A stretch of 64,000 bases of DNA from a phage. A program made the position numbers and the translations under genes. The stretch lies in the sequence record PZ049338.1. One strand, written 5' to 3'. The notes beneath the pieces were generated by a model. It saw only the letters and a program-made list of their open reading frames with translations, was not told the DNA's origin and did not search any database. Of this stretch, positions 10,081 through 21,075 are shown in pieces; the first letter of the stretch is position 1; each line of letters opens with the position of its first letter.

Positions 10081-11787
10081 ATGCCTTTAATGAGATTACG
10101 AAATGTAGGGAAGACTGGTGTAACAACAGATATCCCTTCATATGATTTAAAACCCTCGGATTGGTCTTGGGCTAACAACGTTCGATTCCAAGCAGATAGG
10201 GTTCAGAAAGTGGGTGGCTCTAAGGCCGCCCTAACTCGTCTTATGCCACAAGAACATCCACTTGGTGTCGTACAGTGGCCTCTTACTGAATCACTGTTAT
10301 ATGGTACTTGGAAGCCTGGGACATCTAAGGGTAGTTTATGGGTGGCTCGTGGTAACTCACATGAGAATATTTCAAAAAGAGCCTCCGGAAGTAGTACACC
10401 TTTTGAATATGAGTGTTCTCCAGAGTATTCATGGGACTATACAACACTCTCTAACACAGTTATTTTTAATACTCGTCTTTCAGACCCACAAGGTATTAAG
10501 AATGGTCAAGCTTACTTCTCAGACCTTCCGGGTTGGGGTAAGCCCACAGCATCTACTACTGCAAACTGGAAAGCTAACCGAATTCGTGCATTTAAGAACT
10601 ACTTACTTTGCATGGGTATGTGGGAGAATGGTGTAGAGTTTCCTCAGCGTGTACGATGGTCTGATGTTGCAATGGTCGGTTCACTTCCTTCTAATTGGTA
10701 TGAAAATGACCAGACTAAAGATGGTGGATTTAACGACCTGACAGACTCATTATCACACATCATTGATGGTCGTCCTTTGCGTGACTCCTTTGTTGTTTAT
10801 ACAAACCGAGACACATTCATCATGGACTACGTTGGTGGTACAATGGTGTTCAACTTCCGTAAAATCTTCTCAGATTCAGGGATGCTTGCACCAAACTGTT
10901 GTGTTGAGTTTGAAGGTCAGCACTTTGTTATTTCAGAGGATGACATTTTCGTTCACAACGGTTCCACTCGTAGGTCTGTTGCTACAGGTCGTGTGAAAGA
11001 TTACCTCATGGCTCAGATTGCCTCTAACAACCACGAAGCTACTCGTGTATATGCATATCCTGCTCGTAAAGAGATTTGGATTACATATGTTAGTGATGGT
11101 AACACTCCATCTAACGCTGACGATAAGGTTTGGTCTTGTGATAAGGCTGCAATCTGGTCTTGGCAGTACGATACTTGGTCTTTTACAGACTTACCTAATA
11201 TCTATGATATTGGTATCGGATTATCACCTGAGACTGACTCTCGTTTCTGGTATGATAGTGAGTTCGTACCAACACCTGGAGACCCGACACAATATGGTGA
11301 CTATCCGTGGGAAGATCCTAAGATTCCTGAAGATATTTGGAAGAACAAGGTTCAGGGGTTCACAAGACATGTAATGTTCGGTGCCTCATCTGATATGTGC
11401 TTCTACAACCTTGATAATGGTTACTATTGGGAGAAGTATGATGCGGTGTCTAAGACTATTTCCAAAGTTCCAGTTGTTTGTGAATTAGAGCGTTCTGCAC
11501 TGGATTTCGATGAACAAGAACCTGATATCTCTTACCATAAATGGTGGAGGGCAGTTTACCCACAGATGGGTGGTACTGGTACAGTTCGATTCTATGTTGG
11601 TGGCTCTAACTCCCCTAACGGTGAACCTGTTTGGGATTCTTGGCAGGACTTTGATATCGAACTTGATTCTAAAGTTGACTGCTTCTCAAACTACAGATAC
11701 CCAGCAATTAAACTGCTTGATTCTACGGAAGGTGAGTGGTCAATGGTTGGATATGATGTTGAATACTTCAAAGAAGGGAATAGATAA
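10081..11787 (+). CDS. Virion structural protein (568 aa), possible tail tube/adaptor component
   Basis: Position immediately after capsid gene; Trp-rich beta-type composition; function by synteny only. Confidence 0.4.
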   Translation: MPLMRLRNVGKTGVTTDIPSYDLKPSDWSWANNVRFQADRVQKVGGSKAALTRLMPQEHPLGVVQWPLTESLLYGTWKPGTSKGSLWVARGNSHENISKRASGSSTPFEYECSPEYSWDYTTLSNTVIFNTRLSDPQGIKNGQAYFSDLPGWGKPTASTTANWKANRIRAFKNYLLCMGMWENGVEFPQRVRWSDVAMVGSLPSNWYENDQTKDGGFNDLTDSLSHIIDGRPLRDSFVVYTNRDTFIMDYVGGTMVFNFRKIFSDSGMLAPNCCVEFEGQHFVISEDDIFVHNGSTRRSVATGRVKDYLMAQIASNNHEATRVYAYPARKEIWITYVSDGNTPSNADDKVWSCDKAAIWSWQYDTWSFTDLPNIYDIGIGLSPETDSRFWYDSEFVPTPGDPTQYGDYPWEDPKIPEDIWKNKVQGFTRHVMFGASSDMCFYNLDNGYYWEKYDAVSKTISKVPVVCELERSALDFDEQEPDISYHKWWRAVYPQMGGTGTVRFYVGGSNSPNGEPVWDSWQDFDIELDSKVDCFSNYRYPAIKLLDSTEGEWSMVGYDVEYFKEGNR

Positions 11788-12011
11788 TGGCTGCAATCGA
11801 CAGGACAAAACAACCCTATCGTATTTACAAACCACTCTTCCTAGATGAAGACCAGATTAAGATGGACTTAGACCGAGAGTTTGAGTCCATCTCTCAGGCA
11901 CTCATTTGGGTAACGAACAATATGCTTATAATTGTTGATGCGGTCAATCCTCTTCTGATTGCTGCTGGTAAAGCACCTATTGTTCTTGAATATCCTAAGA
12001 CGAATAGCTAA
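11787..12011 (+). CDS. Hypothetical virion-associated protein (74 aa)
   Basis: Start overlaps upstream stop (TAATG coupling). Confidence 0.35.
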   Translation: MAAIDRTKQPYRIYKPLFLDEDQIKMDLDREFESISQALIWVTNNMLIIVDAVNPLLIAAGKAPIVLEYPKTNS

Positions 12012-12023
12012 GGAGCTAATAAA

Positions 12024-13256
12024 ATGGGCAAGAAAAGTACACCGAAGCAGACCACTACTTCAAAAACTGAGAATAATCCGTGGGCTCCGGCCCAAGACCA
12101 ACTCAAAGATATACTCTCTGAGGCTCAGAAACAATATGAAGCAACCGGTGGTCTCGATGGTAACTGGATTGATAAGAATTTCCCAGACTTAACACCAGAG
12201 ATGAAAGCATCTCTTGGTAATCTGGCATCTTCTGGTCAGTTAAATCAAGTAGCGGATAATATTAATAAGATTACCTCTAGTGCATCTACAAACGTAAATA
12301 ATGCCTCTAGTGCATTATCTGGAATGACTTCTGGTGGCATTACTGGTCAGCAGATTAATGATTTGGCTAGCTCATTATATGATAATGAACTTGTTGACAG
12401 TCAAGTTACAAGTCTCACTGATGATGCAATGTTAAACTACGACAAACAAGTTAATGCACTTAACCAAGCTGCTGGTGCAACTGGTAACATGGGCTCTTCT
12501 CGTGCTGGTGTTGCTCAAGGTGTTATGGCAGGTGAAACCAACAAAGCAATCGCTAAAGGTACAGCGGACATTACTAATGCCGCTCGTTCCTCAGCGTACA
12601 ACCAAGCACTTGGTACACTGCAAGGTAATCAACAGACTAATCTGTCTGCTTCTGGCGCTCTTGGTAGTCTCGGTATGAACCAAGGTCAACTTCAAGCTAG
12701 TAACTCTGATATCTATCAGAAGGTTCTCCAGAACGAAGCTACTGCTGCTAACGTGTGGCAATCTCAAGCACAAGGTAAAGCTGATAACGATTGGTTCAAC
12801 GCAACTGGTGCTGCTAATGGTGGCTGGGATAACCTGTCTAAATACTTGCAAATGGTTGGTGCCATTGGTGGTATGGGAGGTACTTCCAACTCTACCGTTA
12901 CATCTAAGACCTCAGGAAGCAGTGGTGGTATGTTCAACTCCATCCTTGGTGGTGTTTCTACCGGTGCCGGTTTGATTGGTGCTGGTGCTCAAGCTGGTTG
13001 GTGGTCTGACGCTGCTATGAAGAAGAACGTCAAGAAGACTGGCAAGACTAAGAAAGGTACTAACAAATATGAGTGGGAGTGGAACAAGGCAGGTGAGGAG
13101 AAGGGTATGAAGGGTAAGGCGTCTGGTGTACTTGCACAAGATGTTGCCAAGAAGAACCCTGAAGCTGTTAAGAAAACTCCAAGTGGCAAGCTGATGGTCG
13201 ATTATGATAAGACTGATGTTAAGCCTAAAAACTCTAAAGCTAAGAAGAAGAAATAA
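12024..13256 (+). CDS. Virion structural protein (410 aa), S/N/G-rich with Lys-rich C-terminus
   Basis: Good SD; low-complexity composition; followed by a terminator hairpin. Confidence 0.4.
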   Translation: MGKKSTPKQTTTSKTENNPWAPAQDQLKDILSEAQKQYEATGGLDGNWIDKNFPDLTPEMKASLGNLASSGQLNQVADNINKITSSASTNVNNASSALSGMTSGGITGQQINDLASSLYDNELVDSQVTSLTDDAMLNYDKQVNALNQAAGATGNMGSSRAGVAQGVMAGETNKAIAKGTADITNAARSSAYNQALGTLQGNQQTNLSASGALGSLGMNQGQLQASNSDIYQKVLQNEATAANVWQSQAQGKADNDWFNATGAANGGWDNLSKYLQMVGAIGGMGGTSNSTVTSKTSGSSGGMFNSILGGVSTGAGLIGAGAQAGWWSDAAMKKNVKKTGKTKKGTNKYEWEWNKAGEEKGMKGKASGVLAQDVAKKNPEAVKKTPSGKLMVDYDKTDVKPKNSKAKKKK

Positions 13257-13276
13257 GAGCCTTCGGGCTCTTTTCT
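13255..13276 (+). terminator. Rho-independent terminator with UUCG tetraloop
   Basis: AGAGCC-TTCG-GGCTCT hairpin followed by TTTCTT. Confidence 0.5.
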
Positions 13277-13291
13277 TATAGGAGAATAGAA

Positions 13292-14152
13292 ATGGGTAAT
13301 ATCTTATCAGCAATCACAGATGGTGCTTTGGATTCTATCAAAAGCCCCCTTAAGGTTGTAAAAGACATTGGTAAAGGTGATTTCAGCGGGGCATTTAAAA
13401 ACCTCAAACACATTCCCGGTAACCAAGAACGTGCTAACAAAGAGATTCTTCAATCTGCTGGTGTCCGAGGTTGGGTTGGTGACTATCCCGGTGAAAGTGC
13501 TGCTGCAATAGTTGGTTCTATCTTTGGCGGTGCAGCCCTTATGGGTGGTGGAGCAGCCGCAGCCGGTGGTGCTGGGGCAGCAGGTGCTGGAGGTGCTGCG
13601 GGTGGTTCTGCTGCTCTTGGTGGTGCAGGTGCTGCCGGATATTTAGCACCTACTGCTGCTGGAGGTGTTGGTGCCACAGGTGCTGGCAGTAGCTTAGTAT
13701 CTACAGGTGCTCTCTCAGCTATCAGTTCCCAAGCCCCATCTACTGCTGCACTGTTACAGATGGGTAATGCTGGGGTTGGTGCATCTACAGCAACTGCTGG
13801 TGCTTCGTCCTTTACTCCTGCAATGTTAACAACTCAAGGTGCTGCTGCATCTGGCGGTACTTATGGTGCTGCTTCTGCTCCTGCAATTGCATTGCAAACA
13901 CCTGCTGCCGGTGGTGCTTCTGCTGGAAGCTCTACAATGTCAAACCCTGAAACTTGGAATCAAATCTCTAAACTTGTGAACAGTGTTAAAAAACCAGAGC
14001 AAGAGAACCAAACACTTGCACCTGTTCCAATGGGTTCGGGACATCGAGGTAACTTCAACTTCGACCGTAAGAATTTCCAAAATCAGGCACTAACTCAAAC
14101 GTATGGTGAACTTTATAATAAACCTACGAAAACACCGAATATTAAATTCTAA
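13292..14152 (+). CDS. Gly/Ala-rich low-complexity virion protein (286 aa)
   Basis: ~110-aa G/A tract (GGAAAAGGAGAAGAGG...); strong SD. Confidence 0.4.
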   Translation: MGNILSAITDGALDSIKSPLKVVKDIGKGDFSGAFKNLKHIPGNQERANKEILQSAGVRGWVGDYPGESAAAIVGSIFGGAALMGGGAAAAGGAGAAGAGGAAGGSAALGGAGAAGYLAPTAAGGVGATGAGSSLVSTGALSAISSQAPSTAALLQMGNAGVGASTATAGASSFTPAMLTTQGAAASGGTYGAASAPAIALQTPAAGGASAGSSTMSNPETWNQISKLVNSVKKPEQENQTLAPVPMGSGHRGNFNFDRKNFQNQALTQTYGELYNKPTKTPNIKF

Positions 14153-14163
14153 GGAGAGATTAG

Positions 14164-14718
14164 ATGGCTACTAACGCCTACTTAGAGCGCATGAATCAGC
14201 TCCGTTCAGAAAGACGTCAAGTTAAAACTAGACAGTTAGAAGAAATGGGTGTTCCGATTCGTCGCCCAGAACAACATAGTAATTATAATGGTGCTTCACC
14301 TTCAGGTGTTCCTACTGGAGAAGCTCCTATCCCTCAAGAAGATGAATCATACAAAGACTCCCACTTCTATAATGCGTTTGAAGGTTATAAACAGCGTGAT
14401 GAGAAGTTTGGTAGTGTCATTGATGAACTCACTGAGTTAGCTACAGGTCTTCGTGAGCAGGTTAAACTAGGGTATATGCCTGAGCAAGTTGCTCGTCAAC
14501 GATTGACACAATTCGTAGGTGATACTCAACAGCAATTTGTACGTGCTAAGCCTCAACTGGAAAAAGAAAAGCAGAATAAGCAAATGGAAGCAATGTTAGG
14601 TGTATTAACTGGTGTTACACAGCAACAGCAGATGCAACAGCAGCAAGCCAAAGCTAACGAGCCTATCCCAGCAGAGGGTATTTCAGCAGAAGAAGCACAA
14701 CAAAGGGGAGGTTGGTAA
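14164..14718 (+). CDS. Hypothetical virion protein (184 aa), Q-rich C-terminus
   Basis: SD AAGGAGAGA; in structural operon. Confidence 0.4.
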   Translation: MATNAYLERMNQLRSERRQVKTRQLEEMGVPIRRPEQHSNYNGASPSGVPTGEAPIPQEDESYKDSHFYNAFEGYKQRDEKFGSVIDELTELATGLREQVKLGYMPEQVARQRLTQFVGDTQQQFVRAKPQLEKEKQNKQMEAMLGVLTGVTQQQQMQQQQAKANEPIPAEGISAEEAQQRGGW

Positions 14719-16361
14719 TGGCTGATTCTAACAGCCTGTCATTTGGTGCTCTCGCACTGAATACTGGCATTAATAATTTAAAGAAGGTTGTTAATCCTGT
14801 TATTAACACCTCTCTCGCTGAAAATGATTTCAAAGAGCAGAATGGTCGGTATCCAAACTCTAAGGATGAGTTGAATACTTTTATCAAGCAGGGTGGTCAA
14901 TCTGAACGTGACCGTCGTAATCCTGCTCCAACTCCTGCTCCTGCACAAGCGGCTCCAGAACAAGCTCCGGGTGAACCATTTAACCCATCTAGTCTGTTAG
15001 TTCCAGTGCAGAAACATCTTCCTACTCAACAGACACCTGATAGTGCTCAGGATAAGGCCGCACAGCAACGTGGGGCTCTTAATCAGCAAGCACAAGGCAA
15101 AGCCCAAGCTGTTGCGAAAGCACGCTCACAGGGCTACCAGGACGTTCCTAATGCTGCTCAAGACCCAGCGGGTAACTTAGCTGCTCGTAACGCTAACAAA
15201 GCTGCTGGTGTGGGTGGTACTTCTGGTGAGATTAACTTTAATAAAGAAGGCGAAGTACCTTCTCCTCAACAAGCTCAGAACATGCAGCTTGACCAATTGG
15301 GTAAGAAGACAGCCTTCAATATGGATGATATGCCTGAGTGGTATGAGTCTAATTCGTTTAACTATGGACTCATTTCTTTTGGTCTCAATCTGTTATCTGG
15401 TAACGATTTGGCTACCTCTTTTGGTGCCGCTGGTGAAGCTTTCTCTTCTATGTATGGGCAAGAGCGTCGTCAGATGTGGGCGCAAGATTTGATTAGTCAG
15501 GGATATTCCCCTACAGAGGTTGAAGAGTACATCCGTACTGGTAAGTCTGACGTATTGACCGACCCGATGGAGAAACAGGCTAAGCAGATTCAAATGGCTA
15601 CTGGTTTGGCTAATCTGGAAGCTATTCAGTACGAGAACTCTGATGAAGAGCGTCAGTACAAGAAAGACCAAGATAAGTTTGAACGTGATATCAAGATTCA
15701 GCAACTCAATGATTCCCGTGCTGCTCGTGCTGAAAGTGCTGCCCTCCGTCGTGAACAGATGGCTATCAATCAGGAGGAAAGAGAGTTACGTCGTCAAGAG
15801 CGTGCTGAGAAAGCTGCTGCGAAGGGTCAGGAGTATAAAGAAAGCTTGGCTAAGGCTGAGAACTGGTATACCCGTGCTCGTCAAGGTTATAAGAACTACG
15901 AAGATACAGTTAAGAGTTATGGTGGTGTTAACAACATTTACTCCGATAGTGCTTTAGGTAAGATTACTCAGGCTGCACTGACTGATGCTGTGTTCTCTGG
16001 TACCTCTGTCAAAGAAGCTGTTTCGAAGGGTGTTGACGAGAAGTTCGTTACCACTGTTAACCGTGAACGTGAGTTCTTGGCTCCTCTGCTCCGTAAGGAC
16101 TCTGGTGCTGCAATCTCTCAATCTGAATGGAAAACTACGGGTGAGATTTACTTCCCACGTCCGGGTGATACCCAGCAAACGATTGACCAGAAAGCTCAAT
16201 CTCGTGTTGTAGCAATGTTGGCAACCAACCCTCATGCATCTGGTGAACTCCGTGGTGCAGTTGATGCTTACACTCGTGGTGAGATTTCCTCTCTCCGTGA
16301 GAAAGGTGGTCGAGTTTATGCTCAATTACCAGACGGAAGGTGGTTGGAAATCCAACAATAA
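14718..16361 (+). CDS. Putative internal virion protein (~547 aa) with coiled-coil segment
   Basis: ATG at 14718 overlaps upstream stop (TAATG) with GGGGAGG SD; ORF-track start 14712 is a TTG extension. Confidence 0.45.
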   Translation: MADSNSLSFGALALNTGINNLKKVVNPVINTSLAENDFKEQNGRYPNSKDELNTFIKQGGQSERDRRNPAPTPAPAQAAPEQAPGEPFNPSSLLVPVQKHLPTQQTPDSAQDKAAQQRGALNQQAQGKAQAVAKARSQGYQDVPNAAQDPAGNLAARNANKAAGVGGTSGEINFNKEGEVPSPQQAQNMQLDQLGKKTAFNMDDMPEWYESNSFNYGLISFGLNLLSGNDLATSFGAAGEAFSSMYGQERRQMWAQDLISQGYSPTEVEEYIRTGKSDVLTDPMEKQAKQIQMATGLANLEAIQYENSDEERQYKKDQDKFERDIKIQQLNDSRAARAESAALRREQMAINQEERELRRQERAEKAAAKGQEYKESLAKAENWYTRARQGYKNYEDTVKSYGGVNNIYSDSALGKITQAALTDAVFSGTSVKEAVSKGVDEKFVTTVNREREFLAPLLRKDSGAAISQSEWKTTGEIYFPRPGDTQQTIDQKAQSRVVAMLATNPHASGELRGAVDAYTRGEISSLREKGGRVYAQLPDGRWLEIQQ

Positions 16362-16376
16362 TATTGGAGATGATAA

Positions 16377-19300
16377 ATGAATTTTGTGACTGACCCTAAA
16401 TTGCTTGAGGAGTTAAACGCAGGATTCAATCCACAGGGGGCTTCGGCCCCTTCGGTTGATTCCCAAACTCAAACCGCTCCACAGGAAGCAGAAACTAACT
16501 GGGGTATTTACGCTAAAGAAGATGGTTCCATTATGGACACTATCGGTTCTGGTTTGACCAGGATGGGGCGTGCTACCGCAGCAGCTATGGTTCCTAGTGA
16601 TGATGAGGACATGTCGGATTACGCATTAGCTCGCGCTCGACGTGCTAACGCAGAGTACAAAGCTGATGCTGAAAAGCTTGGTGTTGCAGGTCAGGTAGTT
16701 GCAGGTGCTGCAACATATGCCCCTGTTATTGCCGCTGGTATTGCTAACCCTCTGGCAGGTGCTGCTATGATGGGTGGTGCTACTACTGCTGACTCTCTTG
16801 CTGCACAGATTGATAACAATCAAGATTTAGACCTTAACAGTGCAATTGCTGCCGGTGCTGCATCAGCAGGTGTCGACCTTGCTACAATGGGACTCGCCTC
16901 TCGTGGCATGAATGTTGCTAAGGAATTAACATCCCCTGTTAAGCGTGCAATTGCCGGTACTGGTATACAAGCAACTCAGGGTGCTACTTCTAACGCAGCA
17001 GCTCAAGCTGCTATTAACTTAGCATCTGGTCGTCCTTGGAATGAAGGTCTGATAGAAGCTGCTGCCATTGGTGGTGTTGCAGGTGGTGGTTTACATGCTA
17101 CCCTCTCTGGATTGAACCACTCTGCAGGCACTCCACCTAATAAGGGTGGTCAGAAGGCTACAGAAGACCAAGTTAAGTTCGAAACCAAAGATGGGATTAC
17201 TCCTACGGGTGATTATCGTAATCAAGTGTACGAATACGCAAACCAACGTCACCAGTATGATGAAGACATTAACAACATCGACATTGATGATACTAATGGT
17301 TTGGATGCCGCTGTAAATGCTAAAGTAGGCATGGCACTTAACAACGGTACTGCCTCTGCTATTCAGGGCACTGCTAAGCTGTTAGATAAGTTTAAAGTAC
17401 CTAAGACTATTAACTTCTGGGATATGGATGTTGGTAATGGTATCAGTAGCCAACCTGTTGGTAACATAGCTCGCGATTGGTTCAATTTCAGTGACAAAGA
17501 CCTGTTGAAAGCTGGTGAATCTATTGGCCGTGCCAAGCAGACATTGACTGGACGTACCAAAGCACTGGAACAGGGTGAGTTTGAGGAATCCTTCCTTCGT
17601 CAGATGAAAGACTCTTACGATAAGGCCCAAAACGACATCTTAGGGCGTGCAGAATCCAACTGGCGTACCGTCGATAACATTCGTTCACAAATGACCGGTG
17701 CAGAGCGTCCTATGCGTGATTCTCTGAATATCCTGTCTCGTAACCTTGAAGACTACTCTAAGATGGTACGTGATGCCAACTTAGGTAAAGCCCCTAACAC
17801 CGATACTCTCCGTGCTGTTGTAGAAAGCATTGAAGTTAATGCTAAGAAGACTGGACTTCGTGACAAGCTGAAATCTCTTGTAGATGACGCTGAGCAGTTT
17901 GATGGTATCACAAACTTAGAGTCTGCACTGTTGTTTGCAAAAGGTGCTCAGAAGGTTGCTCCTGGCATCCATCGTGCTAACCCTGACCCACTGAAAGCAT
18001 CAAGCCAGAAGGCTGATATGCTGGATGCTGCTGCTGTTGCAACAGGTCAGTTCTGGTTACCTGTGGCTCGTCGTGGTCTTCGTGAGATTGGCGGTAAACG
18101 TTCTCAAGCTCGTTTGCGTGGTGAGAAGGCTCAAGGTGAAGTTGTTTCTCAATCCTTGGCTCGTGACCCACGTCCTGATTTTGTTAACCAAGCTGCTCAG
18201 CGTGGTGATTTCAAAGGTGCTGCTGATGAAGCTGCTGCTGATTTGGAATCAATGGGTATTTCTACTGGTCAGAAAGATGTATGGGGTCGTGAAGCCGAGG
18301 CTGCACCTGTACAAGAGACTGCACCAATCCAAGAAGCCCCGGTTACTCCGGAACCTAAAGTCGATGTTTGGGGTCGTCCTCGTGAGTTCACAGACCTGAC
18401 TGGTCGTGGAGTACGTGAGGCAGAAGCAGCTAAGGCTGAAGCAGAGGCCGCTAACGCACCTGTGGTAGACCCAGAAGCAGAAGCCCAGATAAGGTTCAAC
18501 CTTGGTGAAAGACTCGCTCAGGATGCTCGTGTGGACGCTCAGAGACGTGCTCCTGCACCAGAACCTGAACCTGCATTCACGGATAAAGACTCTCGTCGTG
18601 TAGATGACTTGCAAACCAAACAGAACACCGATGGTTTAACATCCTCTGAAGCTCGTGAACTTGAGTCACTTATTCAGCGTAAGCCTACGCCTGAAGTTAA
18701 GGAAGCAGAACCTGAAGCCCCTAAGAAAGAAGGTGTTAAAGCTTCTGAACTGGCTCGTAAACCCATCTCTGATAAGATTAAAGAGTTCAAGGAGTTGTCT
18801 CCTGAAGCTAAGAAAGACCCTCAACTGATTAACGAGTTTACTCGTAACAGACGTCTTCTCTCTGATGCTGATAAAGCTGTATCCTCTAAGGCTACTGCTA
18901 TGTCTGTTCCTCAGGAAGATATTTGGAGAATCATTGAACGTCAAGGTGGCTTGGAGTCTGTATTTAAGGATGGTCACTCTGCTGAACGTGGTCTGAATAT
19001 TCTTATGCAGAAAGATAAGATTGACTTGCAACGTAAAGCTGATATCGAAGCTAAGAATGCCGAAGATGCCGCTGACAGTGTTAATACTAAATCAGGGAAA
19101 GGTGAGACAACCTCTACTGATGAAGTTGATACTGGAAAGGTAATCGAAGACATGAAGAAAGACTTCATCTCTAAAGGTGTTTCTGGTGAGACATTTGAAG
19201 CTGCACAAGTCCGCGCTGAACAGACCCTTGGCCCAGATTATACACCAACGCAGTTAGCTAACGTTGTTAAATTACTGGCAAAAGAGAAAGCGGCTAAGGC

Positions 19301-20387
19301 TCGTGAAGAAGCTAAGAAGACTAGTAAAGCAGCTAAAACCTCTACTCCGGCAGCAACCCCTACCGTTGGTAGAACAATGCAAGACTCTTGGAATGATATT
19401 CATGGTTATGCACAGACACTCGGTGTTGATGCTGAACCTGAAATCCGTAAGGCACTTAAATCAGCCATGAACTCTGGTAACAAGGACAGGGCTAAATTTA
19501 AGGCACTTAGCGAGGCCAAGGAGCGTGAGTTGTACAACAAGGTAGACGACTTCATTGCAGAACAGCAGAAGGCCTACGAGCGTGCTTTAGCGGCTCCTAA
19601 GACCGAACAACCTGCTGAGTTGGGTGAATGGCGTAAGAAGGTTGCAGACCTCAAGAAACGTCGTGCTCGTGTTTCTAACTTCAATGACTGGCAGACTAAG
19701 AAAGCTAATGACCGCAAGGTAGTAGCAGAGAAAGCTATCAAAGAAGAAGAAGCTCGTACTAAGCGTTTAGAGGCTGAAGCTAAGAAGGCTGATGATGAAG
19801 CTAAGGCTGCTGAGAAGGCTATCAAAGATGCTGAAGAAGCTAAGGCAGCAGAGCAGAAGAAAATGGAAGAAGCTGTAGAGAAGGCTTTCGAAGAGAAAGA
19901 TATGGATGCTGATGTTATCGTAGAAGCTGGTTCCCAGTTGTTTGAGAAACTTGCTGCTCGTGTTAACAGTACAGATTCACCTGACTACAATAAGTTGAAA
20001 GCCATTATGACTGTTGTTGAGCGTAACCTGCCAGTTACCAAACTGAAAACAGGTGAACGTAATCAGGCTAAAGCTTTACTGCTGTCCCAGAAGGCACTGT
20101 TCGATGGTCTGGCTCGTAAAGCAGAGTTCCCGAACAATCCTGAATACTGGTTGTCTACAACAGAACGTGACTTAATTGGTGAAGCATACACTGGTAAGCA
20201 AGGGACTAAGGAGTACGGTTCCATGTATCAGCGTCTGCGTGCTGGTCTGTTCGAAGACGAATCAACTCGTGAGTATGTTCGATTCCCTATCGAGGCTCTG
20301 AATCGTAAGATTAAGAATCTTCGTAAGCGTGCTGAGAATACTACTGAACTTGGAGAGGGTGCTATTAACGTTCAGGACATCAAGTAA
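16377..20387 (+). CDS. Large internal virion / DNA-ejection protein (1336 aa), tape-measure-like
   Basis: Size and position comparable to T7 gp16-class proteins; long Ala/Lys/Glu coiled-coil C-terminal region; no catalytic motif recognised. Confidence 0.45.
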   Translation: MNFVTDPKLLEELNAGFNPQGASAPSVDSQTQTAPQEAETNWGIYAKEDGSIMDTIGSGLTRMGRATAAAMVPSDDEDMSDYALARARRANAEYKADAEKLGVAGQVVAGAATYAPVIAAGIANPLAGAAMMGGATTADSLAAQIDNNQDLDLNSAIAAGAASAGVDLATMGLASRGMNVAKELTSPVKRAIAGTGIQATQGATSNAAAQAAINLASGRPWNEGLIEAAAIGGVAGGGLHATLSGLNHSAGTPPNKGGQKATEDQVKFETKDGITPTGDYRNQVYEYANQRHQYDEDINNIDIDDTNGLDAAVNAKVGMALNNGTASAIQGTAKLLDKFKVPKTINFWDMDVGNGISSQPVGNIARDWFNFSDKDLLKAGESIGRAKQTLTGRTKALEQGEFEESFLRQMKDSYDKAQNDILGRAESNWRTVDNIRSQMTGAERPMRDSLNILSRNLEDYSKMVRDANLGKAPNTDTLRAVVESIEVNAKKTGLRDKLKSLVDDAEQFDGITNLESALLFAKGAQKVAPGIHRANPDPLKASSQKADMLDAAAVATGQFWLPVARRGLREIGGKRSQARLRGEKAQGEVVSQSLARDPRPDFVNQAAQRGDFKGAADEAAADLESMGISTGQKDVWGREAEAAPVQETAPIQEAPVTPEPKVDVWGRPREFTDLTGRGVREAEAAKAEAEAANAPVVDPEAEAQIRFNLGERLAQDARVDAQRRAPAPEPEPAFTDKDSRRVDDLQTKQNTDGLTSSEARELESLIQRKPTPEVKEAEPEAPKKEGVKASELARKPISDKIKEFKELSPEAKKDPQLINEFTRNRRLLSDADKAVSSKATAMSVPQEDIWRIIERQGGLESVFKDGHSAERGLNILMQKDKIDLQRKADIEAKNAEDAADSVNTKSGKGETTSTDEVDTGKVIEDMKKDFISKGVSGETFEAAQVRAEQTLGPDYTPTQLANVVKLLAKEKAAKAREEAKKTSKAAKTSTPAATPTVGRTMQDSWNDIHGYAQTLGVDAEPEIRKALKSAMNSGNKDRAKFKALSEAKERELYNKVDDFIAEQQKAYERALAAPKTEQPAELGEWRKKVADLKKRRARVSNFNDWQTKKANDRKVVAEKAIKEEEARTKRLEAEAKKADDEAKAAEKAIKDAEEAKAAEQKKMEEAVEKAFEEKDMDADVIVEAGSQLFEKLAARVNSTDSPDYNKLKAIMTVVERNLPVTKLKTGERNQAKALLLSQKALFDGLARKAEFPNNPEYWLSTTERDLIGEAYTGKQGTKEYGSMYQRLRAGLFEDESTREYVRFPIEALNRKIKNLRKRAENTTELGEGAINVQDIK

Positions 20388-20466
20388 TTGTAAGGTGTTG
20401 CAAATTATGGCACTAATATAGTTTGTGACACACTTGCAGATTCACCGTACCTGAATAGGACTTGAT

Positions 20467-20598
20467 AATGAACGAATATAAACTTCCTTCGAACAAAGAT
20501 AAAGATTTCTGGGAACGTAATAACGAATCTCGGAAAGAAAGCAAAATCACCAAAAAGAAGGGAGATAAAAACCCTTGGACTCCATACCGGAGTTGGTA
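20467..20598 (+). CDS. Small basic ORF (43 aa)
   Basis: ATG ORF not in track (under 60 aa), immediately followed by terminator. Confidence 0.2.
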
Positions 20599-20608
20599 AC
20601 CTTTACAG

Positions 20609-20630
20609 GGCTCCTTCGGGAGCCTTTTTT
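20609..20630 (+). terminator. Rho-independent terminator with UUCG tetraloop
   Basis: GGCTCC-TTCG-GGAGCC followed by TTTTTT. Confidence 0.55.
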
Positions 20631-20649
20631 CGTTTATGGGGTATAAGAT

Positions 20650-21075
20650 TTGAAAAAGAGATATTACAAGAAGAAAGAAGGGTCGTTGAAAGGGACTGGA
20701 TACGACTCCTTTTTAGAGAAGCATGTTCATGAGAACATAATCCCGAATGCCAGATTCCATGATAAGGGAGATAAGGTGTCTTATACCGTTTCTCATACTT
20801 ACGAACCTGATTTCGTATTAGAGAAAGATGGTAAGACTTACTTAGTGGAAACTAAGGGTAGGTTCAGGGATTCAAATGAGGCTAGGAAGTACATCTTTAT
20901 TAGAGAATTCTTACCAGAGAATACTGAATTGGTATTTGTATGGGAGAAGTCCAACACCATATTCCCGTTCGCCAAAAAGAGGAAGGATGGGACTAAAGCA
21001 ACTCATGAGGAATGGGCCATTAAGAACGGCTTTCGGAACTGGGTTCAAACATCATTCACAGAGGAAGTGTTATGA
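20650..21075 (+). CDS. T7 endonuclease I-like Holliday-junction resolvase
   Basis: Matches recalled T7 gp3 motifs: HTYEPDFVL...LVETKG...IFIREF; TTG start in track, true start uncertain. Confidence 0.7.
   Translation: MKKRYYKKKEGSLKGTGYDSFLEKHVHENIIPNARFHDKGDKVSYTVSHTYEPDFVLEKDGKTYLVETKGRFRDSNEARKYIFIREFLPENTELVFVWEKSNTIFPFAKKRKDGTKATHEEWAIKNGFRNWVQTSFTEEVL

Noticed and set aside
18025-18614. Overlapping ORFs inside the 1336-aa gene on both strands
   Set aside because: Internal alternative-frame ORFs of a long coding region with low-complexity translations.
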